Assembly: GCA_964650405.1 (NCBI GenBank) | Contig: CAZYTO010000002.1 | Span: 5,164 to 69,163, forward strand | From: an uncultured Thermoanaerobaculia bacterium | GTDB taxonomy: Bacteria; Acidobacteriota; Thermoanaerobaculia; Gp7-AA8 | Direction of reading: 5' to 3' | DNA length: 64,000 nt | Shown: in pieces, positions 17,537 through 26,877 of the stretch | Numbering within the stretch: position 1 is the first letter of the stretch | Layout: each line of letters begins with the position of its first letter | Notes under the pieces: model-generated | What the model saw: the letters and a program-made list of their open reading frames with translations, nothing else | The model's database searches: none | What the model was told of the DNA's origin: nothing | Program-made: the position numbers and the translations under genes

Positions 17537-17953
17537 TCACTTCTTCTGCTTCTCCAGCTCTTTTCCCACCTCACGGTGATGCTCGACGGCGTCGCTGGGG
17601 GCGAAGTCCTCGAGCTCGAAGAGGCGGCGGATCTCGATCTGGGCTTCGCCTTCGTCGAACGGCACGCGGCGCGCCCACTCGACGGCCTCCTCGAGCGATT
17701 TCATCTGGACCACCCAGTAGCCGGCCACCAGCTCCTTGGCCTCGGTGAACGGTCCGTCGACGACCGTCCGCTTGCCGTCGTTGAAGTAGACGCGCGCGCC
17801 TTTCGAGCTGGGCTGCAGGCCGGAGAGGTCGAGCAGGGCGCCTGCTTTCACCAGCTCCTCGTTGAACTTGGCCATGGCGGCGAGGATCTTCTCGTCCGGC
17901 ATCTGCCCCGCCTCGGACTCCTTCGACGCTTTGACCATCATCATGAATCGCAT
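17537..17953 (-). CDS. YciI-family (DGPF-domain) protein
   Basis: VVDGPFTEAKELVAGYWVV motif; commonly partnered with this type of sigma factor. Confidence 0.8.
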   Translation of the reverse strand: MRFMMMVKASKESEAGQMPDEKILAAMAKFNEELVKAGALLDLSGLQPSSKGARVYFNDGKRTVVDGPFTEAKELVAGYWVVQMKSLEEAVEWARRVPFDEGEAQIEIRRLFELEDFAPSDAVEHHREVGKELEKQKK

Positions 17954-18137
17954 TGCTTGTTCCCCTTTCTACTGGTGCGTCGAACGGCGATAGCGCGAAT
18001 CGACATGCTGCGAAAGATTCTTCCACGAGCCGGCCCCGGGAGTAGGGCACGACGCAGTCGTGTCTACATTTGTATTTCCCGCGGCCGGTGTCGGGCGCGA
18101 CTGCGTCGTGCCGAAACCCCGTGGGTGGGGTGGTGGC

Positions 18138-19073
18138 TCAGGCCGCCGCCGTCTCCAGCACATCGAGCAATACCGTATTCGGGCCGATGCGGGCGGTGTA
18201 GCCGCGCCAGGTGACGGTATCGTCGAAGTATGGGATGAACTGGGCACCGAACTGAAGGACGTCGAGCAGCGGCACGAGGGGCAGGCTGATGCGGGCGCCG
18301 ATGGTGTGGGCAAGCAGGGCGACCTGCGTCAGGCGCAGCACGAGCGCGGCCAACGGCAGCAGCCATGCTCCGGTGACTCCGGCGAGAAGGCCGGCCATCG
18401 CCGCGAGAATGGACAGGGGCAGCGGGAAGACGAGCAGTTCCGACGTGAAGCAGCCCTTCGACATCGCATACCGGATCTTGTTCCAGCGGATCTGGCGGTC
18501 GAGGGCGCGCTTCAAGGTTCGCTTCACGACGACGTTCTTCACCACGACGGGAGAGAGCGCGACCCGATACCCGGCCTCGGTGACGGCCAGGCCGATGGCC
18601 TGATCTTCCGCGAGGACGTTGGTGAAGGCGGCGAAGCCGCCGATAGCGCGCAGCGCATCGCGGGTGATGGCCATGGACTTGCCGACGACGCAGGGGACGC
18701 CGGCGAACTCGGCCAGGACGTTGCCGGCCACGACGAAGCTGAGCAGGTGGAGCGACTCGATCTTCGCGCCGAGGGACTGTGCACCGTCGCCGGCGAAGAG
18801 GTTCGAGACGCAACCGACCTCCGGGTCGTCGAACGCAGTGATCGTTCGCGCCAGGTCGTCGGGCTCCACGCGCACGTTCGAGTCGGAAATGACGAGGACC
18901 TCGCCGCGAGCGACGCGCTCGGCGGCCACGAGGCGGGCCACCTTGCGGTTGGTCCGCTCCAGCAGGGGATCGCCGCCGAGTACGACGCGGAAGGGAGCGA
19001 GGGGATGCGCGAAGCGCACCCGTTCGAGCACCGCCAGCGCAGGATCATGGCGGTCCGCGACGCTGCAGATCAC
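18138..19073 (-). CDS. GT21-type glycosyltransferase (ceramide glucosyltransferase/HpnI-like), catalytic part; apparently frameshifted from its N-terminal TM segment
   Basis: SDSNVRV, LAEDQAIG, RQIRWNKIR motifs; the frame stays open upstream (PFISILKPLCGLDDDLERNL) but has no ATG/GTG/TTG start. Confidence 0.6.
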   Translation of the reverse strand: MICSVADRHDPALAVLERVRFAHPLAPFRVVLGGDPLLERTNRKVARLVAAERVARGEVLVISDSNVRVEPDDLARTITAFDDPEVGCVSNLFAGDGAQSLGAKIESLHLLSFVVAGNVLAEFAGVPCVVGKSMAITRDALRAIGGFAAFTNVLAEDQAIGLAVTEAGYRVALSPVVVKNVVVKRTLKRALDRQIRWNKIRYAMSKGCFTSELLVFPLPLSILAAMAGLLAGVTGAWLLPLAALVLRLTQVALLAHTIGARISLPLVPLLDVLQFGAQFIPYFDDTVTWRGYTARIGPNTVLLDVLETAAA

Positions 19074-19332
19074 TTCGTAGCGGATGCCGCGGAGCGCGGC
19101 GAACGACTCCAGGTTCCGTTCGAGATCGTCATCGAGACCGCAGAGCGGTTTCAGGATCGAAATGAAAGGCGCCCGTCCGTCCGAACCGCCCCGCAGGGAA
19201 GATGTCGTGCCCGGCCCGCCGTCGCCGCCTCCGGAAGAGAACGGTGAGCCCGGTCTGCAGCATCGTGATCGCCGCCGCCGCGGCGGCCAGGATCAGCAGG
19301 ACGATGTAGGTGTAGATCATGTCGATGTCTCC

Positions 19333-20061
19333 TCATGCAGTTGCCAGCAGGGGCAGGGGCGCCGTGGCCGGACGAGGTTCGAGCCGCGTCACGGCCAGGC
19401 CCGTGCCCTGGCGGAGCGCGGCCACGACTTCGGTGGCGCACTTCGCTGCCGGTATGAGTGTCTTCCACGCCCAGAGGTGGTCCGGCCGGTGAAAGTCGCT
19501 GTTGCCGACGTACGGCAGCCGGGCCCGGCCCACCTGCGGGAAGAGATCCCAGCGGCAGGCGATCTCCCACAAGTCGATCAGGCCCGACACCTCGTTGCGC
19601 CGATTCCAGAGATAGAACGTGTTGGCGAACCACTCCGACTGCTCGTTGGGGTGGCAGGCCACGACCAGTGCGCCGGCGCGCCGGGCGCGGTCGAGCATCT
19701 CCTCGACCGTACCGTCGGCCGAGACGAACGCGTCGAGCCCGATGGCCAGTGCATGCGCGGATTCGCTGCGGCGGACGCGGTTCTGGGTCAGCTCGCAGCC
19801 CGGCAGCACGATCATCCGGTACTCGTCCCAGGCGCGCTTCGCCTCGCGCTCGATCTCGGCCCGGTAGGCGGCGAAGTTTTCCGCCGTGACCGTCAGTCCG
19901 ATGCGATGGGTAAATTTCCCGATGAGATTGTCGCGATTGACGACGTGGTCGGTGATGGCGATGACGTCATGCCCCGTCCTCCCGAAGAGATCGACGACTT
20001 CGGGGATCGAGAGTCTGCCGTCCGACCAGGTCGAGTGAATGTGCAAATCAGCCAGTAGCAT
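19333..20061 (-). CDS. PHP-domain metal-dependent phosphoesterase
   Basis: LADLHIHSTWSDG N-terminal PHP motif, ITDH, later His/Asp ligands. Confidence 0.8.
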   Translation of the reverse strand: MLLADLHIHSTWSDGRLSIPEVVDLFGRTGHDVIAITDHVVNRDNLIGKFTHRIGLTVTAENFAAYRAEIEREAKRAWDEYRMIVLPGCELTQNRVRRSESAHALAIGLDAFVSADGTVEEMLDRARRAGALVVACHPNEQSEWFANTFYLWNRRNEVSGLIDLWEIACRWDLFPQVGRARLPYVGNSDFHRPDHLWAWKTLIPAAKCATEVVAALRQGTGLAVTRLEPRPATAPLPLLATA

Positions 20062-20172
20062 CCCGCCCTCCTCCTTCGCTCCCGTATCGTCGCAAGGAGT
20101 GCTCCCGGAGGATGTCGCACTACGTAAAGCCGGCGTTAAGTTCCGGGCAGGGTCGTGAGGAACGGGCCGTAA

Positions 20173-20205
20173 GTGCTGAGTTTTGAGTGCCGAGTGCCGA
20201 GTGCA
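20173..20205. repeat. GAGTGCC-family heptamer tract
   Basis: GTGCTGA GTTTTGA GTGCCGA GTGCCGA GTGCAC just 3' of the GH1 gene. Confidence 0.7.
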
Positions 20206-20211
20206 CGGCGG

Positions 20212-21528
20212 TCAGCTTCCGCCGAGGAGAAAGCGCTCTCCCAGCCGGCGAAAGGTCTCTACGCTCGGCCGCGGGGTCCGCTGCATGGTCGTGCGGTCGA
20301 CTTCGTAGAGACCGAACTTCGGGCCGAAGCCGTCCAGCCATTCGTAGTTGTCGAGCAGGGACCAGTGGAAGTATCCGTGGACGGGGACGCCGGCGCGCCG
20401 GATGGCGTCGAGGTGGGCTTCGAGGAAACGGGAGCGGAGACGGTCGCCGCCATCAGCCAGGCCGTTCTCCGTCACCACGAGCGGGAAGCCGGCGCTGGCT
20501 GCTTCCTGCAGAAGGGCAGGGAAAGCCTCGGGGACGATTTCCCAGCCGTTGTCGGTGAGTCCCTCCCCGGTCACGTCGCGATAGGCAAATTCGCCGACGA
20601 GACGCGTGCTGCCGGGGCAGCGCATGTGGAGGCGCGAGTAGAAGTTCACGCCGAAGACGTCGAGCGATTCGGGCAGGTCGTCGCGCCGGCCTTTGATGCG
20701 AGTGGTGGGCGGCAGGAGGAAGTCCCAGCGCCCGGTGGCGAAGGCTTCGACGACCGAGCGGTTGTAGCAGCGGTGGGCGACCCCGGCCAGGAGGTTATCG
20801 AGAAAGCTCGACTTCCGTTCCGGTGCGAAGGCCATCATGTTGTGGGCGATGCCGATCGCCGCGTGGGGAATGTGCTCGCGAATCACGGCCGCTGCGGCGG
20901 CATGTGCGGCCAGGAGGTGGTCGAAGACGCGCCGCAGCGATTTCGTATCGGCGATGCCGGGCGGGATCTGGCCGTCGAACCAGCCGGCGAGGAGATAGAC
21001 GAGCGGCTCATTGAGCGGCACCCAGAGACGCACCCGCTCGCCGAGAGCCTCGGCGACCCGTCCGGCGAAGCGCCGGAAACGTTCGACGGACGCCGTCGAC
21101 GTCCACGGCGTGTGGTTGTGGAACCAGAGCGGGTGCGTGTAGTGAAAGAGCGTCACGCACGGCTCGAGACCGATAGCCACCAGGTGCTCGACGAGCCGGC
21201 CGTAGCGGGCCAGGGCGTCATCGTCGAAGTGGCCCTCGCGGGGTTCCACGCGGCTCCAGGAGATCGAGAAGCGGAAGGCATTCGCGCTGGCGTCGCGGGC
21301 CAGCGCGGCGTCGGATTCATAACGCTCCCACGATCCCACGGCCCGACCGCACGCCTCCCCGCGCGTCTTCCCCTCCCGCTCCCACTCCGACCAGTCGCAG
21401 GCATCGTCGCCTTCGACCTGGTAGTGCGATATGGCCGTCCCCCACAGACGGGGGCGGTCGGTGAAGGGAAATCGCGTCAGCGCCAGGCCATCGCGAACGT
21501 GCACGCCGCGGCGCCTGAGCACTGGCAT
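20212..21528 (-). CDS. glycoside hydrolase family 1 beta-glucosidase
   Basis: WGTAISHYQVEG, TLFHYTHPLW, LNEP and VTENG catalytic motifs; start uncertain (ATG 21528 or GTG 21504/21522). Confidence 0.85.
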   Translation of the reverse strand: MPVLRRRGVHVRDGLALTRFPFTDRPRLWGTAISHYQVEGDDACDWSEWEREGKTRGEACGRAVGSWERYESDAALARDASANAFRFSISWSRVEPREGHFDDDALARYGRLVEHLVAIGLEPCVTLFHYTHPLWFHNHTPWTSTASVERFRRFAGRVAEALGERVRLWVPLNEPLVYLLAGWFDGQIPPGIADTKSLRRVFDHLLAAHAAAAAVIREHIPHAAIGIAHNMMAFAPERKSSFLDNLLAGVAHRCYNRSVVEAFATGRWDFLLPPTTRIKGRRDDLPESLDVFGVNFYSRLHMRCPGSTRLVGEFAYRDVTGEGLTDNGWEIVPEAFPALLQEAASAGFPLVVTENGLADGGDRLRSRFLEAHLDAIRRAGVPVHGYFHWSLLDNYEWLDGFGPKFGLYEVDRTTMQRTPRPSVETFRRLGERFLLGGS

Positions 21529-22079
21529 TCCGTCTCCGTCACTTCGACCTCGCTGCCGCCGTGAAGCGTAACGCACTCGCGATAGAAGCCGATGGCGCTG
21601 GCGCAGTAGAGCGGGCTGTACGAGGTGTATCCACGATGGTGCATCACGCCGGCCGAGGGGGCGAGCTCGACGTACTCGGCGGTGCCGAAGTCCTGGAATT
21701 GCCGGTGGAGCACCGCCGCCCGGCGGAAGAAGTCATGCAGGTGCTCCCGGCGGAAGATCTTGTAGACACCGGCCAGGTTCGAACGCGCCGACCAGGCACC
21801 GAGTTGTTCGAGGAAGCGGACGTCGTCGTTTCCGAAGAGCGCGAGGATGGTCCGGTCGACGGCGATGAGCGTCGAGAAGTCATACCAGGAGGCGGCCAGG
21901 ACGGTGGAGACCTGCTGGCGCACAACGCCGGGCAGGGCCTCGAAGAGCTCGATGGTCTCTTCACGGGCGGCGTGATCGCGCACCCAGTCGAGGTGCGCAC
22001 GGATCATGGAGCCTTTCACCCGGCCGCCGGCGAGATGCTCTCCCGGCAGCGGCAACAGTTTCAGAGCGAGGTTGGACAT
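21477..22079 (-). CDS. DUF2378/TIGR02265-like protein (tentative)
   Basis: About 200 aa with C-terminal Cys cluster ETECQCSGAAACTF; start at internal ATG 22079. Confidence 0.4.
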   Translation of the reverse strand: MSNLALKLLPLPGEHLAGGRVKGSMIRAHLDWVRDHAAREETIELFEALPGVVRQQVSTVLAASWYDFSTLIAVDRTILALFGNDDVRFLEQLGAWSARSNLAGVYKIFRREHLHDFFRRAAVLHRQFQDFGTAEYVELAPSAGVMHHRGYTSYSPLYCASAIGFYRECVTLHGGSEVEVTETECQCSGAAACTFAMAWR

Positions 22080-22154
22080 GCAAGGTGTGTACGGGTCGCA
22101 TCCCGGCCACCGAATGCGCAGGAGGTGAATTCGACGTAAAGCCGGAGGGGGAGA

Positions 22155-22228
22155 GCCGAGTGCTGAGTGCCGAGGTGAAACGGCATGAGGCATGGTCGCC
22201 GTCTCGGCACTCGGCACTCGGCACTCGC
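22155..22228. repeat. hairpin of GAGTGCC / GGCACTC heptamer arms
   Basis: GCCGAGTGCTGAGTGCCGAG ... 28-nt loop with GGCATGAGGCATGG ... CTCGGCACTCGGCACTCGGCACTCGC. Confidence 0.8.
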
Positions 22229-22289
22229 TTTACATCGAATTCGCGTTGCCTGCATGGCGGCACGAATACGCGGTCGATAGCGTACCTCG

Positions 22290-23477
22290 GTGACTGTGAC
22301 CGCAAGGTCCTCCGAGTTTGCGGCAATTGGTGAGACCCTCACCACGTCGGCCAGCATTCACCCCTCGACCCTCGTGTCGGTGCTGGCCGACGATTTTTTC
22401 CAGCGGCCGGACCTCGACTCGGTGGCCGTGGTGGACGACGGCCGTCCGCTGGGCCTCATCACGCGGCAGAAGTTCCTCTTCACCGTCTTCCGCCGCTTCG
22501 GCTGGGAGGTATTCAGCCGCAAGGCGATCCTCGAATTAACGGACCGCAACGCGCTCGTCGTGCAGGAGGACCTGCAACTGGATGAGGCGCTGGCCCGTGC
22601 CGTGGAACGACGGCCCGAGGATGCGTATGACGAGTTGATCGTCGTCGACGGCGAAGGGCGTTATCGAGGGCTTCTCTCCGTGCGGCAGATGATCGTGCAG
22701 CACAGCACGACCCTGGCCAACATCCTGATGCAGAAGAACATCGCCGATGCCCGGGCCCGGGAGCTGGAGAAGATCGGCGAGATCAAGACGCAGTTCCTGG
22801 CCAACGTCACGCACGAGCTGCGCTCGCCGGTCAACGCCATCATCGAGCTCACGGAGCTGGTGCGCATGGCGGCGGAGAACGGGTACGTCGGGCAGGTGCG
22901 CGACCGCCTGTCTCTGCTGCTCTCCAGCGCCACGAACCTGCGCAGCATCATCACGAACATCCTCGACCTCTCGAAGATCGAGGCCGGGAAGATGGAGCTC
23001 ATCGAAGAAGACTTCGACCTCGTGCCGCTACTTCGTGAGGTGGTGGAGACGACGCGCGTCCTGGCAGGCTCCAAGCCCGTGGAGATTGCGCTCTCCGCGG
23101 AGCGCGAGCGGACGTTCTTCAGCGATCCCGTAAAAGTGCGGCAGGTGGTGATCAACCTGGCCAGCAATGCGGCGAAGTTCACCGAGGCCGGACGCATCGT
23201 CGTCGAGCAGACGTTCGATGCGTCGTCGCGCCAGGCAGTCATCCGGGTCATCGACAGCGGCATCGGCATCCGCGCCGAGGATTTGGAGCGCCTGTTCGAG
23301 GCATTCACGCAGCTCGAGGACGCCAAGTCGAAGCGTCACGAGGGCTCGGGCCTCGGCCTGACGATCACACGCGAGCTGCTTCACCTTCTCGGCGGCACGA
23401 TGACCGTTGAGAGTGAATTCGGCCGCGGCACGACGTTCACCGTTCACCTCCCCGACCGAAAGGACCTCCCATCATGA
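22290..23477 (+). CDS. sensor histidine kinase (cytoplasmic, CBS-like N-terminal sensor)
   Basis: H-box FLANVTHELRSPVNAI; HATPase N, G1 and G2 boxes (NLASNAAKFT, DSGIGI, GSGLGL). Confidence 0.85.
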   Translation: MTVTARSSEFAAIGETLTTSASIHPSTLVSVLADDFFQRPDLDSVAVVDDGRPLGLITRQKFLFTVFRRFGWEVFSRKAILELTDRNALVVQEDLQLDEALARAVERRPEDAYDELIVVDGEGRYRGLLSVRQMIVQHSTTLANILMQKNIADARARELEKIGEIKTQFLANVTHELRSPVNAIIELTELVRMAAENGYVGQVRDRLSLLLSSATNLRSIITNILDLSKIEAGKMELIEEDFDLVPLLREVVETTRVLAGSKPVEIALSAERERTFFSDPVKVRQVVINLASNAAKFTEAGRIVVEQTFDASSRQAVIRVIDSGIGIRAEDLERLFEAFTQLEDAKSKRHEGSGLGLTITRELLHLLGGTMTVESEFGRGTTFTVHLPDRKDLPS

Positions 23478-23842
23478 GCAAACGGATTCTTCTCATCGAC
23501 GATGACGTGGCCCATCTCGTTTCCACTCGCGGGCTGCTGGAAGCCGAGGGCTATGTCGTGTTCACCCACTCCCAGGGATTCGGCACGACGAACCTCGTCA
23601 AGCAGATCCAGCCCGACCTGGTGCTGCTCGACGTCAACATGCCCGGCCTCTCCGGCGAGAACCTGGCCGGCGTGCTCAAGGCCAACGGCGCGACACGCGA
23701 CACGGCCGTTTTCTTCTATTCGTCGAACGACGAAGACACGCTCCGCGCGGCCGTGAAACGCTTCGGCGTCGACGGCTACGTGAGCAAAGGCAACACGGCG
23801 CAACTCCGCACAAAAGTGGCGCAGCTCCTGCGGGCGGAGTGA
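23474..23842 (+). CDS. single-domain response regulator (CheY-like receiver)
   Basis: ILLIDDD, LVLLDVNMPGLSG, YVSKG receiver motifs; 4-nt overlap with the kinase gene. Confidence 0.85.
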   Translation: MSKRILLIDDDVAHLVSTRGLLEAEGYVVFTHSQGFGTTNLVKQIQPDLVLLDVNMPGLSGENLAGVLKANGATRDTAVFFYSSNDEDTLRAAVKRFGVDGYVSKGNTAQLRTKVAQLLRAE

Positions 23843-23856
23843 GACGGGCCGGGGTG

Positions 23857-23993
23857 GCGGGTACCAGGTACCAGTTGCCGGGTACCTCATTTCGTTACCC
23901 GGTACGCGTTACCCGGTACCCGTTACCCCGTACCTGTTACCCGGCACCCGTTACCCCGTACCTGTTACCCGGCACCCGTTACCTGTTACCCGG
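23857..23993. repeat. GGTACC/GTTACCC microsatellite block including a 28-bp unit duplicated in tandem
   Basis: CCCGTTACCCCGTACCTGTTACCCGGCA occurs twice in tandem, flanked by GGTACC-containing arms; between convergent genes. Confidence 0.8.
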
Positions 23994-24010
23994 TTCCGCC
24001 TCCGGCGCGA

Positions 24011-25690
24011 TCACTGTCCGGCAATGCAGGGCAGCACCTGCGTCTCCATGCCGCCTGCTTCGACGCCGAAGAGCGCGCCGATCGAGCGGGCCAGGAACGT
24101 CGGCGCCACGTCGTCGTCCCATGTGCCGGGCTTGATCCCGTCGCCGAACAGCAGCAACGGGACGTGCTGGTCGTCGTCGACGGCCTGGCCGTGAGTCGTG
24201 CCGGTGTCACCGTAGTTCCAGATGTAGCCGGGCTTCAGGGCGATGAGCACGTCGCCGCTGCGATCGGCGCGGAAGGAGAGGCGCATGGCCAGCTCCACGC
24301 CCGTGGCCTGCTTGTCGACGGCCAGCAGGTCGGAGTTGGTGAATGCGGCGCGAACGCCCTTGAGCTCCTTCGCCGCATCGCGGACGGCGCGCTTGACACG
24401 CTCCGGATCAAGCTTCAGCTCGTGGATGCGCATCCAGTTCAGATAGATGGCCGGCTCTTCGAAGTAGTTGATGAGGGCATTGAGCGTCGACGAGTTGTCC
24501 GTCAGCTTCAGACCGAGCTTTGCCGCCGCCGCCTTCTCCAGCGCTTTCCGCTGCGGCCCGAGCTCGCCGACCGTGCGTACGGTCGCATTCGGGTTGCGCA
24601 TGTCGACGCGGCCGGCGTCGCGGCCCATGTCCTTCGCCACTTCGGGAATCGACTGCACGCCGTGGTCGGCGGAGATGGCGATGGTGTAGCGGCTGCCGAA
24701 CTTGCCGTCGAGCCAGACGAAGAAGGCGGCCAGTTGGCGGTCGGTGCGCACGACGTTGTCGGCCACTTCGAGCGAGTCGGGGCCGAACGAGTGGCCTAGG
24801 TAGTCGGGGGAGGAGAGCCCGACGTAGAGCACGTCCGGCGCCTTGTCCTCGGTGCCGAGGTTCTCGGCCTCGATGATTCGCTCGGCGAAGTCGAGCACGA
24901 GGTCATTGCCGAACGGCGTGTACGTGAGCGCATCGAGGCTGCGCACCCGGTGCGGGAACTCCACTCCCAGTCCCTCGCGCTGTGTCTTGTACTTCCGCAG
25001 TGACGCGGGGTCATGCGTCAGGCGGGACAGATCGGCGGCCGGGATGAGGTCCGACTGCGTCCATTCCGTGTGGGCTTTCAGATAGGCGGGAATGGTCTTG
25101 TTGAAATCGTCGACCACGCTCTTGTTCCAGTGGTAGTACGCGCTGGAGGTGAAGCCGGGAGCCTGGGCGTCGAACCAATAGGCCGCGGTGGCCTTTCGCC
25201 CGGCCATGAGAATGGCGGCGCGGTCCTTCAACGCCACGCCGATGACTTTCGAGCCGGCAAAGCGCTCTTGCACCCGGTCGCCGAGCGAGTCGCTGGCGAG
25301 ATTCAGCGGGGAGAAGCCGCCGCGGGCGCGGTCGTCCGCCACGCAATACTCGGGCGCTGCCTCCAGGCGGTCGAACCAGGTGTTGGCCACGATGCCGCTG
25401 CGCGACGGTGTGTAGCCGGTGCCGAGCGCCGCGTGTCCCGGTCCCGTATACGTCGTCGAGTAGGGATAGAGCGCGTGGCGGAAGTTCGCGCCGTGCTTGA
25501 GCGCGCGGTTGAAGCCGTCATCCGAAAAATACGGTGCGAACCGGGTGAGGTACTCGTACCGGAATTGATCGATGGAGATGACGATCACGAGGTCAGGCCG
25601 CTGCTGCGCGGCCAGCGGCAGCGCGGCGAGGAGGCACAGAAGGGCGGCGGCGAGGACGAGGCGGCGGTTCAGCATGGCGCGCATTTTCAT
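24011..25690 (-). CDS. secreted alkaline-phosphatase-superfamily enzyme (nucleotide pyrophosphatase/phosphodiesterase-like)
   Basis: Signal peptide, VISIDQFRYEY and TGPGHAALGTG motifs; start among ATGs 25690/25684/25675. Confidence 0.7.
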   Translation of the reverse strand: MKMRAMLNRRLVLAAALLCLLAALPLAAQQRPDLVIVISIDQFRYEYLTRFAPYFSDDGFNRALKHGANFRHALYPYSTTYTGPGHAALGTGYTPSRSGIVANTWFDRLEAAPEYCVADDRARGGFSPLNLASDSLGDRVQERFAGSKVIGVALKDRAAILMAGRKATAAYWFDAQAPGFTSSAYYHWNKSVVDDFNKTIPAYLKAHTEWTQSDLIPAADLSRLTHDPASLRKYKTQREGLGVEFPHRVRSLDALTYTPFGNDLVLDFAERIIEAENLGTEDKAPDVLYVGLSSPDYLGHSFGPDSLEVADNVVRTDRQLAAFFVWLDGKFGSRYTIAISADHGVQSIPEVAKDMGRDAGRVDMRNPNATVRTVGELGPQRKALEKAAAAKLGLKLTDNSSTLNALINYFEEPAIYLNWMRIHELKLDPERVKRAVRDAAKELKGVRAAFTNSDLLAVDKQATGVELAMRLSFRADRSGDVLIALKPGYIWNYGDTGTTHGQAVDDDQHVPLLLFGDGIKPGTWDDDVAPTFLARSIGALFGVEAGGMETQVLPCIAGQ

Positions 25691-25761
25691 CCAGACCCGT
25701 CCGGTCGTGACGTAAAGAGAATGTGCAATCCGCTTCCGGGGCTCCGTTTTACGATGGCGCC

Positions 25762-26877
25762 ATGAACCTGCCGTTCGCCCCGCCCCTCGCACCGATGCTC
25801 TCCTCGCCGGTCGCGGAGATCCCCTCGGGCGACGGCTGGCTCTTCGAGCCCAAGTGGGATGGTTTCCGCACGCTCGTCTTCCGCGACGGCAGCGAGATCC
25901 TGCTCCAGAGCCGCGACGAGAAGCCGATGAATCGCTACTTCCCGGAGCTGATCGCGCCGCTGCAGGCCACTCTTCCAGAGCGTTGCGTGCTCGACGGCGA
26001 GGTCGTCATCGCCGGCCCGGACGGCCTCGACTTCGAAGCATTGCTCCTGCGCATTCACCCCGCGGCATCGCGCGTGAAGCTGCTGGCGGAGCAGACGCCC
26101 GCGTCTTTCGTGGCGTGGGATCTCCTGGCGCTGGACGATCATGACCTGCGCCAGTCGCCGCTCGAACTGCGTCGCGAAGGGCTAGATATCATCCTGGCGA
26201 AGGCCGAGCCGCCGGTGCATCTTTCGCCCGTGACGCGCGAGAGGCCGGTGGCGGAGGATTGGTTCCGGCGCTTCGAAGGGGCGGGGCTCGACGGCGTCAT
26301 GGCCAAGCGCCTCGACTCGCCGTACCTGGCCGGCGAGCGCACGATGCTGAAGATCAAGCATTCCCGCACGGCCGACTGCGTGGTGGCCGGCTTCCGCTGG
26401 CACAAGAACGGTCCGGGAACGCTGATCGGCTCGCTCCTCCTCGGACTGTATGACCACAAAGGAGCGCTGCATCACGTCGGTGTCACGGCGTCGTTCACGA
26501 CAGCCGTCCGCAGGCAGCTCGCAGAGGAACTGGAGCCGCTGCGCCGAAACGCGCTTGACCACCATCCGTGGCGCCACTGGGCGGAGGCGATGACGGAAGC
26601 GACGGTTGAAGCGGAGGCGAAGGGGCAGCGGATGCCGGGCGGGGCGAGTCGTTGGAACCGCGGCAAGGACCTGAGTTGGGAGCCGCTCCGCATCGAGCGC
26701 GTGGTCGAGGTGGCATTTGACCACATGCAGGGCAGCCGCTTCCGGCATGCTGCACGCTTCGTGCGCTGGCGTCCCGACCGGAAGCCAGAGGATTGCCGCT
26801 ATGACCAGTTGGAAGTAACGCCTCCCTACGAACTGGAGCGCGTCTTCGGTGTTCGCCACGCCAGCCACGGGTCGTAG
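25762..26877 (+). CDS. ATP-dependent DNA ligase (LigD ligase-domain type)
   Basis: Adenylation motif EPKWDGFR plus downstream OB-fold region; internal ATG 25762. Confidence 0.85.
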   Translation: MNLPFAPPLAPMLSSPVAEIPSGDGWLFEPKWDGFRTLVFRDGSEILLQSRDEKPMNRYFPELIAPLQATLPERCVLDGEVVIAGPDGLDFEALLLRIHPAASRVKLLAEQTPASFVAWDLLALDDHDLRQSPLELRREGLDIILAKAEPPVHLSPVTRERPVAEDWFRRFEGAGLDGVMAKRLDSPYLAGERTMLKIKHSRTADCVVAGFRWHKNGPGTLIGSLLLGLYDHKGALHHVGVTASFTTAVRRQLAEELEPLRRNALDHHPWRHWAEAMTEATVEAEAKGQRMPGGASRWNRGKDLSWEPLRIERVVEVAFDHMQGSRFRHAARFVRWRPDRKPEDCRYDQLEVTPPYELERVFGVRHASHGS

